Below are positions 13,566-33,693 of a stretch of DNA of 64,000 nt, piece after piece. The notes beneath the pieces are model-generated. The model did not search any database. It was not told the DNA's origin and saw nothing but the letters and a program-made list of their open reading frames with translations. This DNA comes from Macrostomum hystrix (Eukaryota > Animalia > Platyhelminthes). A program made the translations under genes and the position numbers. Positions within the stretch are counted from its first letter, which is position 1, and each line of letters opens with the position of its first letter. The stretch covers positions 5,022,001 to 5,086,000 of the forward strand of contig CATNEN010000025.1 of assembly GCA_950097015.1 (NCBI GenBank), given 5' to 3'.

Positions 13566-14345
13566 AGCTCACCTGTTTGGGGATTTGCCGTCTAGATAGC
13601 TTTCATGAAAAGTTACTCCCCTGTTGTACTATTATTATTACCAAAACTTTTGCATGAAAGCAACATGGAGTCACCTGTAGTCTCGCACGCATTAGTAGCG
13701 TGCCAAATGTCAAATACCGTGACAAATAATAAACCATTTAATAGATTATGACAGCATCTCTCCATCTGTGTTCGGGCTGTGAGTCTGAGATTGTTTCAGG
13801 AGTTAGAACAGACCATATTGCTTGCACACTCAATGTCTCCTCTGCCTGCCTTTCCGTGGCCTCATCCGCTTCCACTAGTTCCACTACTTTATCTTCCTCT
13901 CCCCTCCTCTCTCCTCCCCTCCCCTCCCCTCCCCTCTCCTTCTTGCTATCTCCCACTTTTATTTTCTAAATTTTGATATCGTCTTGTCACTTTTTTTCTC
14001 AATTTCTCGTTAAAAATATATACGTAGTTTTCCAATCGGTTTTAAATAGGCTACTTGTAGTAGCATGCCATGGGTATTTAAACAAAATTAAATACAAATG
14101 ATTCGAGGTAAGAATGCAAATCAACGACTAGATCAAAAGAAAATACGATCCTAACAAAACAGTAGCCACAACACAAGAATTCCCTTAAGAAATCAGAGAT
14201 TTCAAAAAGATGGGGGGAAAGTAAAGCAAAGGTTTCCTTTTTTGGTCTGATATACCTGTTGTCGATCAAATAAATATTTACGTGACTTGTTCTATGAAAC
14301 AAAAACAAAAAATATTGTCACATCGACGAAACTGGAGGGCCTCAT

Positions 14346-14733
14346 GGTTGAGGTGGAGTGTGTCTGGTTGAGGTGGAGTGTGTCTGGTTGAGGTGGAGTG
14401 TGTCTGGTTGAGGTGGAGTGTGTCTGGTTGAGGTGGAGTGTGTCTGGTTGAGGTAGAGTGTGTCTGGTTGAGGTGGAGTGTGTCTGGTTGAGGTGGAGTG
14501 TGTCTGGTTGAGGTGGAGTGTGTCTGGTTGAGGTGGAGTGTGTCTGGTTGAGGTAGAGTGTGTCTGGTTGAGGTGGAGTGTGTCTGGTTGAGGTGGAGTG
14601 TGTCTGGTTGAGGTGGAGTGTGTCTGGTTGAGGTGGAGTGTGTCTAGTTGAGGTGGAGTGTGTCTGGTTGAGGTGGAGTGTGTCTGGTTTGAGGTGGAGT
14701 GTGTCTAGTTGAGGTGGAGTGTGTCTGGTTGAG
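14346..14733. repeat. 20-bp minisatellite (GGTTGAGGTGGAGTGTGTCT)n
   Basis: Direct tandem repeat, about 19 units. Confidence 0.96.
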
Positions 14734-14956
14734 ATATTGTGCCTTTTGTAACCGGCAGGTAAGTGTGTGTTACGAAAACAACTTCATGAATTCAGCCTAG
14801 TGAATTCTCTTTTCTCGAGTATCTGACCGTTCTAAGCCAATCAGAGCGGCCCAGTGTCAGATGCACGCTAATTCCGCAATATATTTTCTGACAGCAACTG
14901 CAGCAGCAGCATGTGTGCTGTAGCAACTGTGGCACCTGAATTCTTTTAGCTCCATC

Positions 14957-15019
14957 ATGACCAACAAATTGCTGTTCAGCTGCATAATACTGCTGTCTGC
15001 AGCCAGTGGAAGAAGATCT
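14957..15019 (+). CDS. Candidate first coding exon (signal peptide) of the class B1 GPCR: MTNKLLFSCIILLSAASGRRS
   Basis: The ATG follows an acceptor (TTCTTTTAG). The exon encodes a hydrophobic signal-like peptide and ends phase 0 at a GTAAGC donor, compatible with the phase-0 acceptors at 18183 and 20855. Extra small exons at 15.08-15.38 kb are unresolved. Confidence 0.5.
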
Positions 15020-15384
15020 GTAAGCGAAAATTTCTACTTCAATAAGCTGTCAATTATTTGTCTTTATTCAAGCCGAGATTTGCTCAGTTCAATTCAATGG
15101 TTCGGTTAATTGTTGAATCAGTTGTAGTCAATCTGATAATTAGGCTAATTCTGACGATTCATACTAAGCCACCATCTGTCAAGACTTCTCGCACAAGGCT
15201 AGACATGCAGCTAAACTCATCATTCGCATGCGTGAACTTCAACTCAGTGCCTTCAGCGGCGCAATCTTCTGCCTGACATGTTCCCAACCTGTAATGGAAC
15301 TTTTTTTCTAAAGACGAGCTTCGCTTCAACCAGTCAGTAATTATCGCTGCACCTGCGGCCCGCAAACCCTACGAAATTGCGGTG

Positions 15385-16145
15385 TCTCAGTATCTCAGTA
15401 TCTCAGTATCTCAGTGTATCAGTATCTCAGTATCTCAGTGTATCAGTATCTCAGTATCTCAGTATCTCAGTATCTCAGTATCTCAGTATCTCAGTATCTC
15501 AGTATCTCAGTATCTCAGTGTATCAGTGTCTCAGTATCTCAGTGTCTCAGTATCTCAGTGTCTCAGTGTATCAGTATCTCAGTGTCTCAGTATCTCAGTG
15601 TCTCAGTGTCTCAGTATCTCAGTGTCTCAGTGTCTCAGTGTCTCAGTGTCTCAGTGTCTCAGTGTCTCAGTGTCTCAGTGTCTCAGTGTCTCAGTGTCTC
15701 AGTGTCTCAGTGTCTCAGTGTCTCAGTGTCTCAGTATCTCAGTATCTCAGTATCTCAGTATCTCAGTATCTCAGTATCTCAGTGTCCCAGTATCTCAGTA
15801 TCTCAGTATCTCAGTGTCTCAGTATCTCAGTATCTCAGTATCTCAGTATCTCAGGATCTCAGTATCTCAGTGTCTCAGTATCTCAGTATCTCAGTGTCTC
15901 AGGATCTCAGTATCTCAGTGTCTCAGTATCTCAGTGTCTCAGTATCTCAGTATCTCAGTGTCTCAGTATCTCAGTATCTCAGTATCTCAGTATCTCAGTA
16001 TCTCAGTGTCCCAGTATCTCAGTATCTCAGTATCTCAGTATCTCAGTATCTCAGTGTCCCAGTATCTCAGTATCTCAGTATCTCAGTGTCCCAGTATCTC
16101 AGTATCTCAGTATCTCAGTATCTCAGTATCTCAGTATCTCAGTCC
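15385..16145. repeat. 8-bp minisatellite (TCTCAGTA/TCTCAGTG)n
   Basis: Direct tandem repeat, about 95 units. Confidence 0.97.
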
Positions 16146-16659
16146 CATTATTTGCGTGTGCCTGCAGCATCAACATGTCTCTCGTGTTTATATCTCGGCA
16201 GGTTTTCTTCCTATGCTACGGTCGCCTGCAACATGAAAAGTCGGTCTCAGAAAAGATTAAATAGGGGATTTGCTTGGAGAGTCAGCCATTAAAAAAGGCA
16301 TAATGGAGATCTAAGGTTCGGCGCAGGAGATCTAAGGAAAGAAGTCACGGATTTAAACGCCGATTTTTTTAAGTTAGCAGCTGATTTAGAGCGTAAGTAA
16401 CTAGAGACAGGAAAATTTCACATGCCGACAAACGGAGACTTTCTCTTTCATCTTGATTGCAGCTACACCACCCCTATCAGCTTATTCGTCTTTGTGCTTG
16501 GCCGAAAACATAAACACAGAGGCGCGCACCCCAATGGAATCTGCGCTGCAAAGCAATCATTGCCTTCAATAAACTAACTAGATAATATGAAGTCTCTGTT
16601 TAACATAAACACACTCGTTAAATATTGGAATAAATTGTTATACGCTCATGATACCCAAA

Positions 16660-18158
16660 ACCTCAATTGGATTATCAGTCTTCTAAATTGGATTATCTGT
16701 CTTCTCAATTGGATTATCAGTCTTCTCAATTGGATTATCTGTCTTCTCAATTGGATTATCAGTCTTCTCAATTGGATTATCAGTCTTCTCAATTGGATTA
16801 TCAGTCTTCTCAATTGGATAATCAGTCTTCTCAATTGGATTATCAGTCTTCTCAATTGGATAATCAGTCTTCTCAATTGGATTATCAGTCTTCTCAATTG
16901 GATTATCTGTCTTCTCAATTGGATTATCAGTCTTCTCAATTGGATTATCAGTCTTCTCAATCGGATAATCAGTCTTCTCAATTGGATTATCAGTCTTCTT
17001 AATTGGATTATCAGTCTTCTCAATCGGATTATCAGTCTTCCCAATTGGATTATCAGTCTTCTCAATTGGATTATATTTCTTCTCAATTGGATTATCAGTC
17101 TTCTCAATTGGATTATCAGTCTTCTCAATTGGATTATCTGTCTTCTCAATTGGATTATCTGTCTTCTCAATTGGATTATCAGTCTTCTCAATTGGATTAT
17201 CTGTCTTCTCAATTGGATTATCAGTCTTCTCAATTGGATTATCTGTCTTCTCAATTGGATTATCAGTCTTCTCAATTGGATTATCTGTCTTCTCAATTGG
17301 ATTATCAGTCTTCTCAATTGGATTATCTGTCTTCTCAATTGGATTATCTGTCTTCTCAATTGGATTATCAGTCTTCTCAATTGGATTATCAGTCTTCTCA
17401 ATTGGATTATCTGTCTTCTCAATTGGATTATCAGTCTTCTCAATTGGATTATCTGTCTTCTCAATTGGATTATCTGTCTTCTCAATCGGATAATCAGTCT
17501 TCTCAATTGGATTATCAGTCTTCTCAATTGGATTATCAGTCTTCTCAATTGGATTATCAGTCTTCTTAATTGGATTATCTGTCTTCTCAATTGGATTATC
17601 AGTCTTCTCAATTGGATTATCAGTCTTCTCAATTGGATTATCTGTCTTCTCAATTGGATTATCTGTCTTCTCAATTGGATTATCAGTCTTCTCAATTGGA
17701 TTATCAGTCTTCTCAATTGGATTATCTGTCTTCTCAATTGGATTATCAGTCTTCTCAATTGGATTATCTGTCTTCTCAATTGGATTATCAGTCTTCTCAA
17801 TTGGATTATCAGTCTTCTCAATTGGATTATCAGTCTTCTCAATTGGATTATCAGTCTTCTCAATTGGATTATCTGTCTTCTCAATTGGATTATCTGTCTT
17901 CTCAATCGGATAATCAGTCTTCTCAATTGGATTATCAGTCTTCTCAATTGGATTATCAGTCTTCTCAATTGGATTATCAGTCTTCTTAATTGGATTATCT
18001 GTCTTCTCAATTGGATTATCAGTCTTCTCAATTGGATTATCAGTCTTCTCAATTGGATTATCTGTCTTCTCAATTGGATTATCTGTCTTCTCAATTGGAT
18101 TATCAGTCTTCTCAATTGGATTATCAGTCTTCTCAATTGGATTATCTGTCTTCTCAAC
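16660..18158. repeat. Intronic 21-bp minisatellite (TCTCAATTGGATTATCAGTCT)n
   Basis: About 70 units, ending about 25 bp before the acceptor of GPCR ectodomain exon 1. Confidence 0.97.
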
Positions 18159-18182
18159 TTGAGGCTCGCTGCTTCTTTGCAG

Positions 18183-26239
<8,057 letters not shown>

Positions 26240-28049
26240 GAACTGGGATCCCATTTGGAGGAGGACTGGGTTAAACTGATTTGTGGCTTCGCTGAAAACT
26301 CGCATCCTTGGATTCAAGCCTCTGAGGACTTAGGAATGGGGATTTCTGAGGACTCAGGGATTGAGGATTTCTGAGGAATTGGGGATTGGTGATTTTTGAG
26401 GACTTGGGAGTTGGAGATTTCTGAGGATTGAGGATTTTTTAGGGCTAGGGGATTCAAAATACCCGAAGGACTTTGGGATTTAAAGGCAGCTGAGGACAAT
26501 GGGAATGGATAAAATGAATAATTTTAATATAACTAAAAGAAAAGGTTCATTCCTTAGACAAATTTGATTCTGTTGCCGATTACCAGCCAATGATCAAAGT
26601 GGGTGCCTGGCTTTCAGGAAATGCTGACCTTCCACCATTCGTGTTTACACAGTCTCGGATAAGACCGGGCATCGATAATTAAATCTAATTGCGCTCCTCC
26701 TTTGGCAAAGATCTTGAAAGAGTTGTCACGGAAGTCCAGTATTAATTAAAGGGAGATAAATTACTTATCCCTTTCAGTTCAAATCAGTTCTTATTGAATG
26801 GCAGGTGTAAAAATATTCCACATGCACACAGCTCGAGTGTCGGATTCTACGAAATTTCAAACTTTTAATGCTGTCATTATGTTGATTCGGATCAGTTATA
26901 TACTCTAGAGAATTCGCTAAGTGTCTCTTCTCACCATTGCTTGCAGCCAGATCAGCAGCTGCAGCAGCAGCAGCAGGCACAGACATCGCTGCCTCTTCAC
27001 AGCAACGACATCGAGTCGATTGAAGACGCCGGCTGTCTGGACATTCCGTTGGCCGACTCGAACGCCTGATGACATTCATTTGACCTCTGGACTGTCGATC
27101 TACATTTCTTGTCGCCAAACTGTCTAAAAAGTACCATATAATAGTTTTTAAACTTTATTTCACATGTCAGTCTACAGAATGTATTTTTCTGCTGTCAATC
27201 TGTCCACAAGTGCACTAGAGCTTTACGTGTCGAGTTAACCAGCCGTGTTTAGCATTCTGGTGCACCTGTTAGACAGACATGTCAACCGTGCGTGGTTGGT
27301 TAACTTTAAGTGTACGCCTTCACGAAAGCGAATAAATGCTTGTTCATCTATAATGACCTGATTTCTCTGTCTGCCCGACAAGCCATTGTGAAGGCCTTGG
27401 ATCCCATTAGTGACAGACGACAGTGAAGTATCAATGATAATCTGAAACTTCCCTAGCACCACATATTCTTGCAAAGCTGTTGGCTGTGAAATGGCAATGG
27501 GAATTCTTGTGGAGATTTAAGGGCTCATCGAGAGCCGAGAACACTTGAACAGAAAGTGAATGGCCAGGGACAGCGAGAACTGCTCTAGCTCTTAGTATAG
27601 GCATAGTAAAATGTCAATGCGGCATTCCGAATACTAGTACATCCGACAGATCCAATATGATCCTGTTTATCAGTCTGAGCACTTATTCTAGTCAGTCTGA
27701 GGGACCTGACGACTTTCGCAGTGAGGAAGGCGCATATTTTTGCTGTTTGTAATTCCGAAATTCGTCTTTATTATATTCGATTTCAATTGTGCATCACGTG
27801 ACTATGTACTTTTATAATTTAAAACGAGCATTTCTGTCCAAAAAGTACCAGAAAATATCCACCGATTAATAATACCAATTTCAATTTAAGCCCTTTCTGT
27901 TTTTCGTTGATGCATTCTATTTTGTGTTATACTTTTCTCAATTATTTTTTCAGTTATAAACAAGCGAGCAAACTGATTTGAGCACAGAGGAAAAATTCAA
28001 AATTAACGAATGAGATACTTCTGCTGATATAGGTATTCATAGGTATGAA

Positions 28050-28470
28050 TAACGAACGAGAGTGGAACGAAAAAAGGAACTAGCGAAGGTACAAACGAAC
28101 GAACAACCAACCAAACAAACAAACAAAAAAACTAAGAAACAAGCAAACAAACAAACAAACAAAAAAAAAATCTAACAAAAACCTATAAACGAACGTACGA
28201 ACGAACGAACGAACGAACGAACGAACGAACGAACGAACGAACGAACAAACAAACAAACAAACAAACAAACAAACAAACAAAGTGACAAACAAGGACACAA
28301 AATAACTAGCTAACTTAACTAATGAACAAACAAACAAAAACCTATAAACGAACGTACGAACGAACGAACGAACGAACGAACAAACAAACAAACAAAGTGA
28401 CAAACAAGGACACAAAATAAATAGCTAACTTAACTAATGAACAAACAAACAAAAACGAACAAAAAACGAA
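28050..28470. repeat. (AAAC)/(GAAC) microsatellite block with an internal duplication
   Basis: Runs of GAAC and AAAC; the segment AAGTGACAAACAAGGACACAAAA..AATAGCTAACTTAACTAATGAAC occurs twice. Confidence 0.9.
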
Positions 28471-28634
28471 TAACCGAGCTTACTATCAAAACAAAGAGTA
28501 AAAAAAGGTTAATTAAATAAAGAGCGTTGGTCCTTCCTAAAAGGAAGCTTTTTGCTTCCTACACACGCTGGATTCAAGTGAAGTATAACATCGCAGCTGA
28601 TTGATTATCGATTGAATTGACAGACGGCATGGTC

Positions 28635-29770
28635 TCAAGCGTCTCGCAGATGCTTCTCAGCCAATTGCAGCGCGGGAAGAAAGCCGCCAGCCAGGCCAGA
28701 ATCGGCAGCCTCCGACGCGGTGCACCATTTGTAGGCCGAATGCTCGCTAGAGAGCCTTGGCTGCAGATGCTGGCAGCTGAAGACAACAAGCTCAGCCGGC
28801 CACAGTGTGACGCGCTTCGTTCTGACCGCACCGCAAGAATCTGTTTTGGCATAGCTAAGCACTATTATCGGCCATCTGTTTTTGGCAAAAATGCAAAAAT
28901 AACTAGAGTTAAACGTTTGAAATGCGAGTTTGAAAATGCAAGCCGCGAAAGATCTGGTTAGTTTTTATTGGTCAAACGTTTTCGAGAGTTCGAAGCTCAG
29001 CACAATGGATACGATTTGTGTCCTGGAGCACCCAGTTCCCTAGAGATTTTAAGATGGTTTTTAGATGACCACGGAAGTATTTCAAATACCAGCTGCCTAC
29101 GATAGCTTCGAAACCGAATTGCTGATCTTCGTGAAAGTCCACCATTTGGATTATCCGCCATTTACGATGAAGTAACTTTCGAATCCGTCCGATTTTTTCA
29201 GCGACAATGGCCGAAGACCCTCATGACCAACTAAAATTGCTCATGAGCCTCTATGGCGAATCTCTATATGAAATGTAACAAAAAATCAACAACAATGGCT
29301 GACATGGTAACATGATCAATGGTTTATTCCTCGACGACGCCGATGTTTTATAATTCTGGAAGCTGTTCGAACATCGGATTAGAGCGACAAAGTTTAGTCC
29401 GAGTTCTGGATTTTCATGGCGATTTGGCAAATGTTTTGGAAGATACAGAAATAAAAGTTTGGGCGCTTTCAATTCCCCGGTGGTCTTTCTGCAGTTAAAA
29501 GGCATTCAATAGTTGGAGCAGTTCTCCTTACTTGGCTGAGAAGCGCAGCTGGCATGGCGAGATGCCGGTCTCCTCGGCCGTCTCGCGCAGGGCGCAAGCC
29601 ATCAGGCTGCCGCAGTCGCACTGTTCCAGGTGGCCCTTCGGGGGACTCCAGGAGCGGTGCGGCGTTCGGGCGGACTGGAGCAGCAGGTACCGCGGCTCAG
29701 TTGCTCCGGGCGACTTGGTGAATAGCAGAACTCCTGCAGCTTCTGTGATGGCCGATACCGAGTGCTCCAT
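28635..29770 (-). CDS. NUDT2: Bis(5'-nucleosyl)-tetraphosphatase, asymmetrical (Ap4A hydrolase); exons 29770-29532 and 28875-28635, 159 aa
   Basis: AAGVLLF..YLLLQ..WSPPKGH and Nudix box RETAEETGI. A phase-2 GT-AG intron joins to ..KRVTLWPAE..LSSEHSAYKW, matching NUDT2 LSHEHQ.Y.W. Confidence 0.88.
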
Positions 29771-30119
29771 TGCCTTGCAGGCTTCGCAGTGTTGCAGGCC
29801 AAGTCTCGTCCTTTTTGCTGCTTTTTTGTTGATTTTGTTATAAAATAATCAAAAAGTTTGCGAGAGTTTTGGAACTTCCGGTCAAAGAAGTTTCTTTAGC
29901 AGTTCTGGAATCCAACTGCGCGATACGGCTTTCAATGTGGCGTAACGGCAACCAGAATCTAGGACAGGAAGTTCCATTCTCCATGAGATACAATTCATCT
30001 TACTGCATTTATGATTGGTACTAAGTCAGATTTCCAGGCTGTGTGACCAGGTTCATTATAGTATTAAGCACAAGTGCATCTAAAATGCAACCCTGTTGCG
30101 AATTCCAGGAACGAAAGAA

Positions 30120-30390
30120 TGGTAGTCCTGTTGTAAAGGACAGGTAGTCCTGTTGTAAAGGACAGATAGTCCTGTTGTGAAGGACAAATAGTCCTGTTGT
30201 GGAGTACAGGTAGTTTTGTTGTAAAGGACAGGTAGTCCTGTTGTAAAGGACAGGTAGTCCTGTTGTAAAGGACAGGTAGTCCTGTTGTAAAGGACAGGTA
30301 GTCCTGTTGTAAAGGACAGGTAGTCCTGTTGTAAAGGACAGGTAGTCCTGTTGTGAAAGACAAATAGTCCTGTTGTGAAGGACAGGTAGT
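30120..30390. repeat. 22-bp minisatellite (TGTAAAGGACAGGTAGTCCTGT)n
   Basis: Direct tandem repeat between the divergent NUDT2 and synaptotagmin-like genes. Confidence 0.93.
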
Positions 30391-31194
30391 CTTTGTGCGA
30401 GAAACATTTTGTCTCATTGTGAAGGACATGTATTCTAGCGGTACATTGCTATTAGCTTTCAGATTTTTTTCTATGACAAAGAGAGAAAAGAGGTATACTT
30501 TTTCCACCTGACATTAATACTTTAAGTAGAATGGTAGGTTTTTTTACATAAATTTTATGCCGGCACTTTTTCGAGGCAATAAAAACGAGAGGTCGAATGC
30601 ACGAGCTTCAATTCGGGTTAGTAAAACAAATTTCTGAGCTTAGTTTCTACCGCTTGTTGAATAGGGAGAGGTGGATGGTTTTGTCAAAGCACACGTTCTT
30701 GTGTGCCACATGCTGCAGTCTCAGGTGAGAGTCAAATGTGGAACAATAGACTTTCAAAGCTCGAAGAAAGCATCTCAAAGAGAGAGAGAGGGGGGTAGAA
30801 AGACAACCTCATTGCAGAAATGAAACGTGACAAATTTAACTGGAGGGAAGGCGTTGTTTAATGTAGAGATGGCGCATCGTTCGTTCGCGAACCAAACCAG
30901 CCGCACACGTGAAACGGAGCACGTGTTCCGCTGCCCGAGCTGCTTGCTCACAAGCGCTTTAGATTGAGTGTAGACTCATGGAATGCAGAGAGAGAGAGAG
31001 AGAGAGATGGAGTTTGGGGCACAGGGGGCTCGAGAGAACAGCCATCTGTGCTCAGCAGACACGAATAATAGGCGCTAGAAGTGATTGAGATAATTTCCAA
31101 AAAGCTGTGGAAGAAGGAGAGCCACAGAAAACCAGGCTTTTTCCAGGTGTTCAACAGCTAGGTCTATCAGAAAGAAGAATAACTATCCGTGAGC

Positions 31195-32796
31195 ATGCGG
31201 CAGCGGGCAGGGCTGCTGCTTCCGCTGCTCCTGCTCCTGCTCCTGCTACCGCCGCCAGCCGCCTCGCCGGCCGCGCCCGCCACAGCCCTCACCCACGAGG
31301 TGCCAGATCTAGACGATCAAGATCAAGATGAGGACATCGAGACGCGATCGGTTGGCGAGTTCTTGGCAACGAAGCGCGGCAATCAGAAGGAGCTGCTTCT
31401 GCAGCTGAAGGGTGTGCTGCAGGAGGAGCTGCAGCGCCGACGGGCATCTGCCGCTGAGATCGACAAGAAAGACGCCGATCTTTCGGATGTTGTCGGCGCG
31501 GCTTCAAAGCTTGGTAAAGCTGTTGAAAAAGACGCCAAGAAGCACGCAAAGAAGAAAAAGAAGAAGAAAAATGAGAACATTTTTGTAGCACTGTGGAAGA
31601 AGCTGCGCAAGTTACTCCCATTGTGGGCCATCATCGCAATTTTTGTGGCAGCCGGTCTCATTATTTTGCTGCTGCTGCTGCTCATCATCTACTGCTGCTG
31701 CTGTCGCAACAGATCCAGCAGGAACAGAAAGCAGCCAATGCCACAGTCGGTGCTGTTCAAAGACTTGGATTTGACAGGAACTAACAAACCCCCGTTCGGC
31801 ATAATAAACTACTCGCTAGAGTATGACCTCAAGAATGACAACCTCATTGTTACGGCGTCCAACTGCCAGGACTTGCCAAAGGGTCTGGACAGCATGGACC
31901 CCTACGTGGTCGTGAGTATGATGAGCGAGAAGGACGAAGCGAGTGGCAAGACGCGCGGTGCAAAACCGAAGACGTCGAAAATCGTGCGCAGCACCTGCAA
32001 TCCGGTCTTCAACTTCACAAGCGTCTTCCCCGTAAAGAGAAAGTCGGAGCTGAAGGAGAAAATTGTGGTTTTTGAAGTGTTCGACTGGGACTACGGCATC
32101 AAGCACGACATGGTGGCGCGCAAGGTTATCCACCTTCGTCGGCTCGGCGAGGGTCTCGATGAAATTCTTGGCCGTAATGCTGACTACTCGAAGCCGCTTC
32201 GAAAAGGCCTGCCACGCGACGAACGCGGACCAGGTGACATCTGCCTGTCGCTGTACTACGCCGCCAAGGACATGTCCTTGACCGTTGGCATAATCGAGTG
32301 CAAAGGTGTCTTTGTAACAAAGGGTCGATCGGAAATTCCGGATCTGGAGACCCTGCCAAACACCTTTGTGCGACTGAGCCTGCGGCACCCGCAGCTGAAG
32401 CGCGAACAGGTGAAGCGTTCAAAGATGGTCTCGGCAACAAGGAATCCGTACTTCAACCAGCAGTTTGTGTTCGAAGTTGGCGCTCGAGACTTACTGGAAA
32501 CCTGCATTCTGCGCATTACCCTGGTGCACAAGACCGAGACACTGCGCATCAAGCGGCCCGTGGGGTCACTTGAGCTGCACTCGGGCGCCGATCCCGACAG
32601 CCTGCCGCTGCTGCACTGGCGCGAGCTGCTCCAGACACCCAATCGGGCCGTAGCGCGCTGGCACAACCTGGTCACACCCGAGGCCGAGGAGAGAAACCGC
32701 AAGGCCAAGGAGAAGGAGGAGAAGCGCCGTCTGCAAGAAATGGAAGAGGAGCAAATGGCGACGGTTGCGGCAGCCGGTGCTGCGGGGACAAGATGA
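31195..32796 (+). CDS. Intronless synaptotagmin-like tandem-C2 membrane protein with a signal peptide and lumenal domain (533 aa from the ATG at 31195)
   Basis: Leu-rich signal, then an acidic/basic lumenal region, a TM segment (WAIIAIFVAAGLIILLLLLLIIY) and juxtamembrane CCCC. C2A has YSLEYD, DPYV, NPVFN and VFDWD..KHD. C2B has GDICLSLYY, NPYFNQQFVF and HWRELLQTPNRAVARWHNL. Confidence 0.92.
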   Translation: MRQRAGLLLPLLLLLLLLPPPAASPAAPATALTHEVPDLDDQDQDEDIETRSVGEFLATKRGNQKELLLQLKGVLQEELQRRRASAAEIDKKDADLSDVVGAASKLGKAVEKDAKKHAKKKKKKKNENIFVALWKKLRKLLPLWAIIAIFVAAGLIILLLLLLIIYCCCCRNRSSRNRKQPMPQSVLFKDLDLTGTNKPPFGIINYSLEYDLKNDNLIVTASNCQDLPKGLDSMDPYVVVSMMSEKDEASGKTRGAKPKTSKIVRSTCNPVFNFTSVFPVKRKSELKEKIVVFEVFDWDYGIKHDMVARKVIHLRRLGEGLDEILGRNADYSKPLRKGLPRDERGPGDICLSLYYAAKDMSLTVGIIECKGVFVTKGRSEIPDLETLPNTFVRLSLRHPQLKREQVKRSKMVSATRNPYFNQQFVFEVGARDLLETCILRITLVHKTETLRIKRPVGSLELHSGADPDSLPLLHWRELLQTPNRAVARWHNLVTPEAEERNRKAKEKEEKRRLQEMEEEQMATVAAAGAAGTR

Positions 32797-33693
32797 TTCG
32801 GCTGCCACTCTGTACTCGGACCGATCGTAAAAAATGGTTTGAAGCCATTTTTTGGATGGTTTGGGGTTTTCTAAAGATTTCAGTTGTCGAATGTTGTAGA
32901 GAAAGGCAAGCCTCAGGCTCGTTTCTGCTTTCGATGTTCGAGACTAAATACGCTCTGACAGCAAAGAGGTCGTTAAATTTATATTTTTGAAATCTATCTT
33001 GATGCGAGTCATTTTCGAGAGCAATGACCTTGTAATTGCCCGCCGGGCAAAAATGTCATGCTACAATGTAAATGTGCTTCAGCTGCTGCATGTGATGCTG
33101 CGGGTTGCAGATGTTTAAAGATTGCTGGATAAGTTTTATTTAAGAAATTCCTGACGGTATGCAGTTAATGCGACTTTGCCCCATATGCTACTGCTTTGTA
33201 ACTTACTAGTAGAGTATGGCACACATGAATTGTATTCGAATGATTTATTTATTAAAGCTCTATCCTTTATTTTTTGTTATTCCTACCATGACTACAAATA
33301 CATCAAACAGAATGTACTATTCCGTCAGAGAATTGCCAAAAAGCACTTTAAATGACAATTAATTTAAATTAAAAAAACCAGGAAAAAAGTACTTTGACTC
33401 GAGTTTCGAAAAAAACTAAAGCTATTAAATTCCTCAGCCACTTCTGAAAGTGGCCCTTTTTCAAAGTGAATCTGTCTTTATTTTGAGAATACTCGTATTA
33501 CTCTGAGAAAGGCTGGTTTGAGTTGAGTTCAGCTAGGGAAACTGTCTAACAGTTTTTATTTAGAGATATAAAACTAAATTAGCAAATCGGCAGGGAGCAA
33601 GTTGACGGTGGCTTTGACCGCAGTTCTCAACACAAAGCGTTTCGTGAAATCAAAGCTCAAATATTTGACCTCAGCCCGACCAAGCCGGAAGCA

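Noticed and set aside
15377-16292. Three overlapping ORFs of about 290 aa (SVSQYL repeats)
   Set aside because: Produced by an 8-bp repeat lacking stops on this strand.
26900-27480. Possible terminal exon (FGDKKCRSTVQRSNECHQAFESANGM...) and RT-like LFIYNDL fragment
   Set aside because: No upstream exons could be linked in phase and the motifs are too weak.
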